Positions 1 to 12,633 of a stretch of 64,000 bases of DNA are shown here, in pieces. The notes under the pieces are model-generated. The model was not told the DNA's origin. It saw nothing but the letters and a program-made list of their open reading frames with translations, and did no database searches. The stretch comes from Octopus vulgaris (Eukaryota). A program made the position numbers and the translations under genes. The stretch covers positions 81,468,001 through 81,532,000 of the forward strand of contig OX597824.1 of assembly GCA_951406725.2 (NCBI GenBank), given 5' to 3'. Numbering within the stretch: position 1 is the stretch's first letter; every line of letters begins with the position of its first letter.

Positions 1-737
1 TGTGTGTGTGTTTGTGTGTGTAAAACAGCCTGAGTTATCTCCTCTCCTGCACTCACCATACACACACATCCACTTTCTTCTTCAAGAAGCGCTTTAACAT
101 AATGCGAAAAATAACAATAAAGAAACAAAAAATACATTAAGAGAGAGAACGAAAATCCTTGAGGGTAATTTTCTCACGTGACTGCCCAAAATATGATTAG
201 AAATGTGACATACAACGGCACACTATATAATTTTCTCTACGCGTCATCGGTTTTAATATGTTAGGACTGAGGCATATAAAGACTTTTATAAAAATGATTT
301 CTTTGTCGTTAAATAATTATATATGTAGACGGTGGGTGGGTGGTTGGCAAGAGAGACAGGTTAGCGTTGTTTTTTGGTTAGATGTTGTTATTGTTTTCAT
401 TTGTACATCAAGAATTGTTGTTGTTTTTGTTGTTGTTAGTGTGAATATATTTATCTGTTAAAGCTTCACACTTGTGCTTGCTTGCTTGCATGCACGTGTA
501 AACTCTGTCACCCAATCCTTTGCCCTCTCTTTTCTCTTTAGTCTGTCACTTTCTTCTTTAGTCTTTCTCTCTCTCTCTCTCACTCACTCTTTCCTTTGCT
601 TTCTAGCACATAAATACATACGTATTTGTCTATTCATGCATAGTTATAAAGGTGTGCGTACATATATATATGCACTCACCTCACATACCTATGAGTGAAT
701 GTATACATGTACGCATGTATGTATTTATATATGTATG

Positions 738-811
<74 letters not shown>

Positions 812-829
812 GAAGTATGTGTTTATGTG

Positions 830-868
<39 letters not shown>

Positions 869-1051
869 TTGTTTTTGCGTGTGTGTATGTGCGTGTGTTT
901 GTGGATAGATAGATATAAGCTGCCATTTTCTCGGCCGAGTATTGGCGAGAAGCGGAAACGCTCGGATAATAACATGTGTGAACCCGACATTTCCATTATC
1001 TCACTCGAAGTGACTGCAAATTCTATATCTCTTATCATTGCACGCACACAC

Positions 1052-1094
<43 letters not shown>

Positions 1095-1262
1095 AACATA
1101 CACATACACACACGCACACACAATGGTATATGAGATCGAAAAATTGTCACATGCAGTTCAATTCTGAACGCGCTGTCTACAATACTGAAAGTAACTGGGC
1201 TGAGCGCTGCACCAAAGTGACATCACATCTTTCACCATCCAAATTACACAACTTATCTTAAC

Positions 1263-1432
1263 CACAGTCGTATATCTAAGAGATGAGGAATTATGTACAT
1301 TATTTACATTATTTACATTTGACGGATATTTGTCCCCATCTTGTTTGTTGTTAACCCAACGTTTCGGCTGATATACCCTCCAGCCTTCATCAGGTGTCTT
1401 GAAGAAATTTCGAACCTGGGTTCTCATTCATA
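1263..1432 (-). mobile_element. Penelope-like pseudo-LTR fragment carrying a hammerhead motif
   Basis: Reverse complement matches 19925-20112 (atgagaaccc..gttcgaaattt..caagacacCTGA.GAa.gctggagggtatatcagccGAAACGTT..gacaaatatccgtc.aatgtaaataatgt). Confidence 0.75.
1353..1398 (-). ncRNA. Minimal type-I hammerhead ribozyme (canonical C3:G8 core)
   Basis: Minus strand: gacac-CTGATGA-a-ggctg(gagggtatat)cagcc-GAAAC-GTT-gggtt; palindromic ACGT stem III; one mismatch in stem I. Confidence 0.8.
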
Positions 1433-1457
1433 AGGTGAAAAGAAATAAGAAGAAATA

Positions 1458-1655
1458 AGAAACGTTAGCACGACGGCGAAATGCTTAGCAGTATTTTGTC
1501 TGCCTACGTTCTGAGTTCAAATTCCACCTAGGTCGACTTTGCCTCTCATCCTTTCGGAGACGATAAATTAAGTATCATTTGCGCACTGGGGTCGATCTAA
1601 TCGACTGGCCCTCCTCCCACAAAATTTCGGGCCTTGTGCCTCGAGTAGAAAGGAA
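1458..1655 (+). mobile_element. SINE family C, 5'-truncated
   Basis: aaacgttagcacg..gagttcaaattcc..gtcgactttgcc..catcctttcgg..ctggggtcgat; shared with >10 copies in the window. Confidence 0.8.
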
Positions 1656-1857
1656 TAATAATAACAACAGCAGGAAGCAGGTTTTGTAAGATATGAAATT
1701 TAATGAAAATAAATTATTTATAAATAAAGACGTAAGCATTGCCCCATGGTGTGTGGTTAAGGACTTTGTTTGCAACCAGGTGGTTTTAAATTCAGTTTTT
1801 GTGTCATCCAATCTATTTTGAGTCAACTTGCCTGACAGGAGTCGTGAGAAGTCCGTC

Positions 1858-1894
<37 letters not shown>

Positions 1895-1895
<1 letters not shown>

Positions 1896-2177
1896 TACGA
1901 CCGCGAGTCCGCTGCCCTAACCACTGGGCCATTGCGCCTCCGCGGTTCCGATTCCCAGACTGGCGTTGTGAGTGTTTATTGAGCGAAAACACCTAAAAAG
2001 CTCCACAAGGCTCCAGCAGGGGGTGGTGATACCTGCTGTACTCTTTCACCACACTTTCTCTCACTCTTTCTTCTGTTGGCCTGCTCGCTTAGCCAGCGGG
2101 GTGGCGTCATTCGAAGGCTAAAACAATGCGAACGCATTGTGACCAGCGATGTGTAACAACATCTGATGGTCTGGTCG
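1895..2177 (+). mobile_element. SINE family B with inverted 5' head, tail type 1
   Basis: 1895-1941 is the reverse complement of the family B head; 1942 onward continues the element in forward orientation. Confidence 0.85.
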
Positions 2178-2196
2178 AAAGAAAGAAAGAAAAAGA

Positions 2197-2233
<37 letters not shown>

Positions 2234-2235
<2 letters not shown>

Positions 2236-2651
2236 GCAAAATAAGCAACAAGGATATCCAGTACGATCGTTCCACGCAACTCCATTTATTTGAACAATGC
2301 AATCATTACATCAATTTAAATGCAGAGCAATCTTCAGATGCACAAAGAGATAGAATTTAAAAGATGGACACATTTGTATAATTTTACCTAAAATCTCCAA
2401 GAGGTTAAGACGATAAACAAAGAACATGCCTTCCCTTCTAAGCTGAAGGGAAGGCAGCGTGGTGTTGGAGATTTTAGGTAAAATTATATTAATGTGTACA
2501 TCTGTTTTAATTAAATTAAATTCTATGTCTTTGTACAGATGAAGATTGCTCTGCATTTAAATTGATATAATCATTGCATTGTTCAATTAAATGGAGTTGC
2601 GTGAAACGATCGTACTGCACTACTTCCGGATATCCTTGTTGCTTATTTTGA
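2234..2651. mobile_element. Fold-back of two Penelope-like pLTR fragments, each with a hammerhead-like motif
   Basis: About 2234-2400 is inverted relative to about 2465-2651. The arms give a consensus gtgcag-CTGAAGA-long stem II-GAAACgatcGTA-ctgcac. Confidence 0.7.
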
Positions 2652-2765
2652 TTTTAATCGCCTTATTTTGAAATTGTATGGATACTACCGTACTAAATTC
2701 ATGTGCCTCAGCTTATTTAGCATAGTCATCTGAATCTATATATATACATACATATATATATATGC

Positions 2766-2801
<36 letters not shown>

Positions 2802-2823
2802 GTAAATATCTGTTTGTTTGTGT

Positions 2824-2869
<46 letters not shown>

Positions 2870-3127
2870 TCCTTTGTGTTTGGATAACCGGTGCAAGATT
2901 GTATATGTCCACATAATTTAGAGGTCCGGTAAAACAGAGAGATATATGGATTGACGTATAAGACTACATATAAAAGCGCAGTGAACCTGCATGGCTGCAA
3001 GTAAATGACTAAAACTAGTAAAAGAATATGTAAAATTAGAGAGAGGGAGAGAAAAAGAGAGAGAGAGACAGACAGACAGATAGACAGAAAGGGAGTAATT
3101 GTATTCCGTCCCCGCTAGATAGATATA

Positions 3128-3339
3128 TTCTTTTCTACTCTAGGCACAAGACCCGAAATTTTTAGGAAGTGGACAGTCGATTATATTGACCCCGGTACGC
3201 AACAAGTACTTAATTTATCGACCCCGAAAGGTTGACAGGTGAAGCCGACCTCGGCGGAATTTGAACTCAGAACGTACAAACAGACGAAATACTGCTAAGC
3301 ATTTCACTCGGCGTGCTAAGGATTCTGCCAGCTCACCGC
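3128..3339 (-). mobile_element. SINE family C
   Basis: Reverse complement of gcggtgagctggcagaa..ttagcacgccg..gagttcaaattccgccgaggtcg. Confidence 0.85.
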
Positions 3340-3414
3340 TTTGCCCGTTAGATATATTAACGAAATAAAAAAAAAGACATTTAATTGTTTACAAATTCAA
3401 TTATTGACAAAAGG

Positions 3415-3522
<108 letters not shown>

Positions 3523-3551
3523 TCTAAGTCTCCCCTTGCTGGTCTGGTATA

Positions 3552-3590
3552 TACAGACTAGTTTCAGGGTATTTGCCCCTTATCAATGTA
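3552..3590 (-). ncRNA. Minimal hammerhead ribozyme, U3:A8 core variant
   Basis: Minus strand: taca-TTGATAA-gggg(caaata)ccct-GAAAC-ta-GTC-tgta; all three stems form; palindromic ACTAGT; GUC site. Confidence 0.7.
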
Positions 3591-3959
3591 GAGTAGCCGA
3601 ACCCAGCAGGCGTCGCTACTGACCGTCTGTTCGAAGGATTATTTACCTAAAATTCTGTGGAATATGTCCACTGGTTTTCAAAAATAGAGATATTAATATT
3701 TCTAACGTATATAGGGTTAGATTAGGCGACCTTGTTAATATTGGGAATTTTTTCTGTGATCGATTCGAGGAGACAGAAAAATTATAAAATCTTTATAATA
3801 TTAACAACATCAGAACTACATCAAAAGAAAAGGGGAAAATAAAGAAAAGGAGAAACTATGCTAACAAATAGAAGGGTTTTCTTGAAACCACGCGTGTAAG
3901 AAAGAATACGTTCAAACATGCGGATGTTCATGTAGAGGTGATATAGGTGTGTGAGTGAT

Positions 3960-3990
<31 letters not shown>

Positions 3991-4221
3991 TTTGTGTGCA
4001 TGTGTGTATAATTACGTATGTATGAAAGTGTATCTATGAAGATGATGTATATGTGCATATGCATGCGTGAATATATGTAATTACAGAAATATGCTTCTAT
4101 GCACATAAACAAAAAAACACACATGTATATATATATATAATATATATATATAATATGAGTATGCGTGAGTATATGTATATCTGAAAGGAGAGAGATGGTG
4201 ATTGAGGTAGAGAGAGAAAGA

Positions 4222-4255
<34 letters not shown>

Positions 4256-4636
4256 TCCATATGCCTCTACTTCCCGAAAGATACAATGCAAAACTGTTCC
4301 CGAGTTCTGTCACGCTTTCAGATATGAAAATCATTAAAATGTTATGTTATATCCTAAACATGTAAAAATTTATATATGATGTATGTATGTATGTATGTAT
4401 GTATGTATGTATGTATGTATGTATGTATGTATGTATGTATTATGTATGTATGTATGTACGTATATGTATGAAAATGTGTATGCATTCATATACCGTTGCA
4501 TAAAACTTGACACGATTAATGACAATCTGATTCGCCGTATATATATGTGTGTATGTATACCTATAAATATAAATATATGTAGTATTAGTAATAAGAAAAT
4601 ATATTAACAAGAATATATATATATATATATATATGT

Positions 4637-4780
4637 AATTATAATTTAGGGTATCTAAGCGATACGACCACGCTTGAAATAGCAGCCAAAACTTGACTCC
4701 AAAGCCACACAGTTTTGGAGTCAAGTTTTGGCTGCAATTTCAAGCGTGGTGGTATCTCTTAGATACCCTAAATTATAATT
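4637..4780. repeat. Long hairpin (about 67-bp arms, about 10-nt loop)
   Basis: aattataatttagggtatctaag..gactccaaa / tttggagtc..cttagataccctaaattataatt; related hairpin at about 26395-26505. Confidence 0.9.
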
Positions 4781-4868
4781 TTAATAATAATTATTAACTT
4801 TGAAGGATTTTATTCCCATGCTGGCCACTTGATAAGTTCGATATTTAAATAGCGATCATATCCTTATT

Positions 4869-5272
4869 TACTCTCTCTTTTACTCTTTTACTTGTTTCAG
4901 TCATTTGACTGTGGCCATGCTGGAGCACCGCCTTTAGTCGAGCAAATCGACCCCAGGACTTATTCTTTGTAAGCCTAGTACTTATTCTATCGGTCTCTTT
5001 TGCCGAACCGCTAAGTGACAGGGACGTAAACACACCAGCATCGGTTGTCAAGCAATGCTAGGGGGACAAACACAGACACACAAACATATATATATATATA
5101 CATACATATATACTACAGGCTTCTTTCAGTTTCCGTCTGCCAAATCCACTCACAAGGCTTTGGTTGGTCCGAGGCTATAGTTGAAGACACTTGCCCAAGA
5201 TGCCACGCAGTGGGACTGAACCCGGAACCATGTGGTTGGTAAGCAAGCTACTTACCACACAGCCACTCCTAT
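4869..5272 (-). mobile_element. SINE family A, full length
   Basis: tRNA-like head (A box TGGCTGTGTGG, B box GGTTCAGTCCC), CORE-like cttgggcaagt, internal (TA)n, tail ggcggtgctccagcatggccacagtcaaatgactgaaac(aagtaaaagag). Confidence 0.9.
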
Positions 5273-5277
5273 ATAAA

Positions 5278-5324
<47 letters not shown>

Positions 5325-5721
5325 AAAGAGAGAGAGAGAGAGAAGGCGGAAACCGAATTTCATTACGGAGTGTAAAAATTCATGCAATGATATTTATTTG
5401 TTTCAGATGCGTATTGGGAAATAGGTAAAACAGTCTACGTCATGCAGAGAAACACTGTGGAGGGAAAATATCACAAAGGGTTCCCCGACAAGATGCAAAC
5501 ACACACGCACAAACACACACACACACACACACACATACGCACAAACACACACGCACACATGTAGGTACGGTGCTTGTTTTTGTGACTGGTTTTCCCTTTG
5601 TGAAATTTTAATATTATTGTCTTAGGATACAACTATTGCTTTTATAATCATTCATGTCAGGATGTATGCATTACATGTTAATATTTTACTATGTACTTTT
5701 TATTTAGGTTGTGCTGTCGAG

Positions 5722-6041
5722 AAGGCGCATGGCTTAGTGGTTAGAGCGTCGAGCTCACGATCGTGAGGTGGTGAGTTCGAATCCCGGACCGGGCTGCGTG
5801 TCATGTTCTTGAGCAAAACACTTTATTTCATGTTGCTCCAGTTCACTCAGCTGTAGAAATTAGTTTGCGACATCACAGGTGCCAAGCTGTATCGGCCCCT
5901 TTGCCTTTCTCTTGGATAACATCAGTGGCGTGGAGAGGGGAAGCCAGTATGGCTGGTCTTCCAGAAACAAACTTGCCCGGACTTCTGCCTGGGAGGGTAA
6001 CTTTCTAGGTGCAATCCCATGGTCAGTCATGACCGAAGGAG
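5722..6041 (+). mobile_element. SINE family D (tRNA head, CORE-like body, RTE-like tail)
   Basis: A box TGGCTTAGTGG, B box GTTCGAATCC; body cttgagcaa.acactttatttca..ttgctccagttcactcagctgta; second copy at 49570-49906 (-). Confidence 0.85.
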
Positions 6042-6464
6042 GATCACAGTGCTGTCGTATGTTGCAATTGCATCTGGATGTATATGCATGGGGAACGTAT
6101 GTGAGGGTTTTGTACATAAGTGGCCAATGTAAAAGTTAGAGTCGTGAAGTTTGCAATTTTCACTTGCATAGCAAAATTATGATTTATTGGTCATATGTAG
6201 CTTCTCTGGTTTAGATGGTTGTGGCTATTGTTAATAATGTTTAAATTTTGAGCTTATTGAGGTTGTGTACATAAGTTGCTAAGGAGGCAGACAATTTAGA
6301 ATTTGGATTAGAGAAACAGTTTATTTGTGCACGGTAGCCTCGCTTGAAATCAACAGTGTTGCCGATATAAAACCTTGCTCGATGGGAGCCTGGTGTTAAA
6401 ATACCGCACTGGTAGACTACATTTTTATGCAGAAATATATATATGTTTGTGTGTGTGTGCACAA

Positions 6465-6556
6465 TTCGGCGGAATTTGAAATCAGAACGTAAAGGCAGAC
6501 GAAATGTCTTGTTAACTATTTTCCCAGCGTCTTATCGATTCTGCCAGCTTACCGCC
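6465..6556 (-). mobile_element. SINE family C head fragment
   Basis: cggcggaatttgaa..cagaacgt..cagacgaaat..ttctgccagct. Confidence 0.7.
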
Positions 6557-6754
6557 ATTGAGAGATTAAATATTAATTTTTCTGAGGTAAAATGTTTTCG
6601 ATTATCATGGCTTATCAGTAAATAGGATCTCTACAAACAAGGATTGCGTTATCCTTCAGTTTCATGTTGAATGCTTTACACATAAAACATCAAATAGAAT
6701 GAAACATCCATCCATCAATCCATCTGCACACACACACATAAATACACACATACA

Positions 6755-6830
<76 letters not shown>

Positions 6831-7006
6831 AATATATATATTTATATATATATATATATATATAATAGACATATATATACACACACATAAATACACACAC
6901 ATATATACATACATTTATACACATATTAAATATATTTATATATATGTATGTATATATATACATATATATATATATGTATATACATATACATACATGTATG
7001 TGTGTA

Positions 7007-7081
<75 letters not shown>

Positions 7082-7554
7082 TGTATGTATGTATGTATGT
7101 ATGTATGTATAGCGCAGTAGGATGAAAGGGGGAAAATTGACCTCAGCGGTATTTGAACTCAGAACCTAAAGAAGCAGAATAAATATTACAAGGAATTTTA
7201 TCCGATGCTTTCATGATTTTGTCAATCCCAAGTCACCGTGTCTTGCAATAATAAAATTACGAACTCACACGTGTGGAAGAAGAAAAAAAAAATCAAACCT
7301 ATAGAAAGCAAGATACAAAAAACAAACAAAAAAAAAAGTAATTTAACCAATATTCTTTATCATTCTTTTAGCCCCTGCTTCGATATTTCCTGTGGAATTC
7401 ATTCCATTAAGCATATACCCCCACACCGCCCATTCGCACATACACTTTATTATGATTGATATTTTTGTATTATTCTTATTTCTCTTATATTTTATCGTTT
7501 ATCAATGTTGCTGATGCTATATATTCATATATATATATATTTGTATTTATCTAC

Positions 7555-7628
<74 letters not shown>

Positions 7629-7663
7629 GTCTGTCTGTCTGTCTCTCTCTCTCTTCTCTCTCT

Positions 7664-7715
<52 letters not shown>

Positions 7716-8072
7716 CGTAAAGTTCGGGTGTACAAGTATGTCCATATGTGTACGTATATGCACGTGAATGAAGATATATGCTTTTGCATGTGTATGTACC
7801 TCTCTGTCTCTCAGCCGTCATCTTTGTGCATGTATACACACATATATATATATATATACATACACATTTATATATACATATACATATATATTATGTAATA
7901 TATATGTACATATACATTATATAATATAAATATCATATAGTATATACATATATACATAATACATACATATATACATATACATATTCACATATATATATAA
8001 ATATATATATATATATATTCATATATATATATATATATATGCATATATACATATATATATACACACACACAT

Positions 8073-8123
<51 letters not shown>

Positions 8124-8767
8124 GTATATGTATATATATTTACATTTACGGGGGCGGAGATAAATACGGCAGCGAGCTGTTTTTTGTTGCTTTTCTGACA
8201 GTGTCCCAAAACAAATATTTCGACACTGACCTCCTGAACTTATTTTTTACTCGGTGAACGTCACAATATCTACAACACACGCCGCCAAATGGATCGCTGT
8301 TTATTTAGAATAATAAAAACATTCAGGAGTTAGATATATTTTGTGACAGATTTTGACAACAAACCGTGAAGGATGTGTTGACAAGGTGACATAATGTGAG
8401 AAGACAATTGAATACTGAAAAAAAAAAAAACACACACACACACACAGAAAATCAGAAATGAATAGATTTCAATGTTTATATTTGTATGGGTGCGTGTGTG
8501 AAGTGTGTGTGTGTGTGTGTGTGTGCATGTATATATTTTTGCAGGTGTGTGCATCACATACGGTATACACATACACACTCTCACACACGCACACACGCAC
8601 ACATGCACGCACGCACCTAGACACACACATTCACACACACACATATATATATATGTATATGTATCGTCATACGCATATGATTCATTCGACCCAAAATTCT
8701 CCAAGGCGATATCTTATCAGGAGTGCAGTCTAATGATTCAAACAAGCGAAATATAAAGGACAAAAGA

Positions 8768-8903
<136 letters not shown>

Positions 8904-8923
8904 CACATATGTATGTATGAATG

Positions 8924-8955
<32 letters not shown>

Positions 8956-9252
8956 CAGACATATATATATATGCATATATATGACGGGCCCCTCTTTCAT
9001 TTTCCGTCTACCAAATCCACTGACAAGGCTCTAGTCGGCCCGATGCTATAGTACACAACACTTGCTCACTTTCGTAAGAAAAAATACATATTCAAATAAG
9101 TAAAACATAATAGCATGAATAGCGATAGCGAAACCGGTCGATATATTAAAAATTATTTTACAACTATGTAAGTGTGCGTATTTTCCTCTTTTAATTTCTT
9201 ATATACATTGCAACTCACCACATTGAGATATTCGAAATTCCTCTTTTTGTTA

Positions 9253-9306
<54 letters not shown>

Positions 9307-9700
9307 TACATGTATGCATGAATACATACACACAAAAATACCCTGTTGATGTAGTTGGAACTCCAATGAAGGAGCCTTGTATGTAGGTTAAAAACCGGAT
9401 CTGTGTCTTTTGGCATGAAATCTTGAAATAAAAGTAAATAACGACATACGTACGTACACACATATACAGAATCGACGTAGGTCATGACTAAGTATACCGT
9501 ATAGGTATGTGTGTACGCACATATTTCAGGTAATGTTTAAGCAGCATTTAGTGTAGAAAACTTAAAATATACTAACTCGAAATATCTACAAAAGCTATAA
9601 AATGAAACGGATATTAGTAAAAAGAAAAATATTATTTCCAGTGCTGTATTTCTATGTCTGCAATGGATACAATGGATTCTGTTACAATTGAAACTAAATA

Positions 9701-10232
9701 TTGGGTTGTCCGGAAAGTTCGTGCCGATTTTTAAAGGTAAGAAAAATTCTCGCCATTACATTTTTAATCAACCAAATATGAACCATTTTGTTGCACAATG
9801 CATCTCCATCTTTCCTTTAACTTGAAAATAGCCTCTTCCCAGAACTGAGGTGGTTTCATGGCAAAGAATTCATAATCCAAGGAATTGAAATTTTTACCAT
9901 TAAGACTATTCTGCAGAGACCTGAATAACTGGAAATCCAAAAGAGCAATATCTGCTGAATATGGAGAGTAGGGTAACACATCCCAGCCGAGCTGCAGCAA
10001 TTTTTCTGGTTCCCAAAGCATCAAGTGCCGAAAATGAACTTTCTTATCTTCCATTTTAAAGGGTTACAGAATTAACACAGGTTATAGGAACATAAACACC
10101 TTCTACGGAAAGATAGTTTAAACTGTGCTCTAAATGGAGGTGTAGTCAAATCCTATTTTATGGACTGAACCATGTTCTAAAATAAGTCGAAATGTAAGCT
10201 ACTATAAATCGACAACTTTCCGGACAATCCAA
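9701..10232 (-). mobile_element. Internally deleted mariner element with TIRs and TA target duplication
   Basis: TA|ttgggttgtccggaaagttcgtgccgattt ... aaatcgacaactttccggacaatccaa|TA. Confidence 0.9.
9764..10054 (-). pseudogene. Mariner transposase remnant (N-terminus fused in frame to C-terminus)
   Basis: MEDKKVHFRHLMLWE joined to LGWDVLPYSPYSADIALLDFQLFRSLQNSL..KLKERWRCIVQQNGSY; YSPDLAPxD-like motif. Confidence 0.9.
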
Positions 10233-10920
10233 TACATTGTTGATATGACAAATAAAAAACTGCAAAATTATATTTCATTTCCACAAATACTGAATTTTTC
10301 CATTGATCAATTGCTCTTCCTTAATATAAATACAACCAATATTATTTAATACTGAATAATATTGCCTGAGATGTAATGTGTTTGAATGAAAAAAAAGGGA
10401 GGATTGTCAAGGCTACAATGCATTTGATCCCCAGATCTGATCGATTGCTAGTGAACTAGAGCTAATTATCGACAACAAAAGGATTACACAGATCATTTAT
10501 TTCTGTGAAGATAAGCAATAATGATAAAGATATCTGCAGACATAAATCCAGTTTTCATTAATTTCTGCTGCTCTCTTGCAGCCAGTCTATTGAGATATCG
10601 CAGCGAGGTATTAGAGGTGTGGTATGTTAATATCAGTTAGAAAGTATTTCTCTTCTTCATATCTCGGATGTTTGCAGCGAAAAGGAAATATGTCAGCGAT
10701 TCAAACATCGCAATGAGCATACACGCGCGCACCCGCGCAAACATATGCACGCTCATAAAAAGATACACACGTATATACGTAAATAAATAAACACACATAT
10801 ATATATCACACACATATATATATATATATTAATTATTATACACACACTCAAACATACACATATACACGGGGCTGGTGTTTGGGTGTATGTATGTTTATAT
10901 ATATAGATATACATACGTAG

Positions 10921-10969
<49 letters not shown>

Positions 10970-11130
10970 AATACACAATGTCACTTCTATATAAGGGTAT
11001 GTATGCATACATATAATTAAATACGCATATATTTATGTATACAAATAAGTGTGTGTGGGGGGGGGGGGGTATGCATATGGGTGTGTTTATGTGTATGCAT
11101 GAGTGTGTGTGCGTGTTTATATATTTTTGC

Positions 11131-11173
<43 letters not shown>

Positions 11174-12097
11174 GCTTGTATGAGTCTACATATATATGTA
11201 GGAGCCCTGCGTGACTATACGTATCTATACACACGCCCATAAACAAATATACAAATGTACCCCATACATATACGCCTAGACTTTCAATAGAAGGTACGCA
11301 GAAATGTGTATTCAGAGATGCACACATACCTATCTACACACAGTAGATGCAGGAAATGATAGTGACAGCTGCATTTCTTCCTGTGCATCTGTTGAAGATA
11401 ATAACAACTATTCAGTGCACATCTGCAGGATATTGACCTGTGATGCAACTAAAATAAGGGAAACTACTTAACCCAATTTCTCCTCCCTTGACAAGATAGC
11501 AATCCCTAAGACGAGATGATCGAGACCCCTAGAGACAGGTGTGGCAGGAACCTGGTTCCAAGTTCAAATCTGATGTATATATCATAATATATTATAATAT
11601 ATTATAATTGTTGTTGTTCAACCAACTTAAGTTTTTTAATATGTCCTCTAGTCTGTTTTTAGATCCTCGTATATTTAGGAATATTTTCTATGATCTGTTC
11701 ATATTTTAGTTGGTAGGATGCAATTTGAAGGACAATTCGCCAGTATTCCTAGTGCAGAAGTATTAGGTGTGATTCTCAAATCTCCTGTCTCTACCAGGGT
11801 GGGGCTCATCAGAGCATATCTACCTACGTACATACATACATACATACATACCTACCTATGTTCTGACCAAATGACCTATCTCTCCCCTATCAAGCTAAAT
11901 TTTTCCTGAGAACATTCCTTTCTTAGTGTTAAGACCCTAGCGGATATTCTAGTGTAATGGATATCCACTTACCGGTCTTCCCTCTTGTATGTATGTAATA
12001 TAATTTTTTCTGAAACTTCATATTTTTCAGTATGCAAGACCACTGGTTTTATATTGATATTAATCAAATTGTATTCAATTATTCACCCTTATTATTT

Positions 12098-12238
<141 letters not shown>

Positions 12239-12633
12239 ATATATAGATAGATGAGAGAGAGAGAGAGAGAGAGAGTGAGAGAGAAAGAGAGATTTATATA
12301 TGTGTGTGTATTTGTTTTGTTTCATGTTTTATTGGTTTCAGCAACAGGGTGAGGCCATGCTGGGTCATCGCTCTTCGGTGTCATTGCTTTTCTTTGTGCC
12401 CTTCTGCCACAATGTATATATATTTTCAACCTTGCTTGCTTGCAATGTTACACAGCCAAACTGGCGCATAATGGGAAAAGACTATAAATTCAGGCCTTCC
12501 TGAAATGTGAATATAAACGGAACGAAAATAACTTAAATCATATGGTAAATATTTCGTAAAAGTCCCGTTCGTAACATCGGTATGAAATAATTTTTTTCCA
12601 TGGGTCTTTTCGAGTGCATTCAACGTAACTCAC

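Noticed and set aside
5722-5795. tRNA-like sequences at SINE heads (also 19343, 56848, 58401 and others)
   Set aside because: A/B boxes are present, but they run into multi-copy SINE bodies and lack a proper acceptor stem; not tRNA genes.
11800-11820. CTGATGA on the minus strand (also at about 37546 and 57501 on plus)
   Set aside because: No stem II-GAAA partner nearby.
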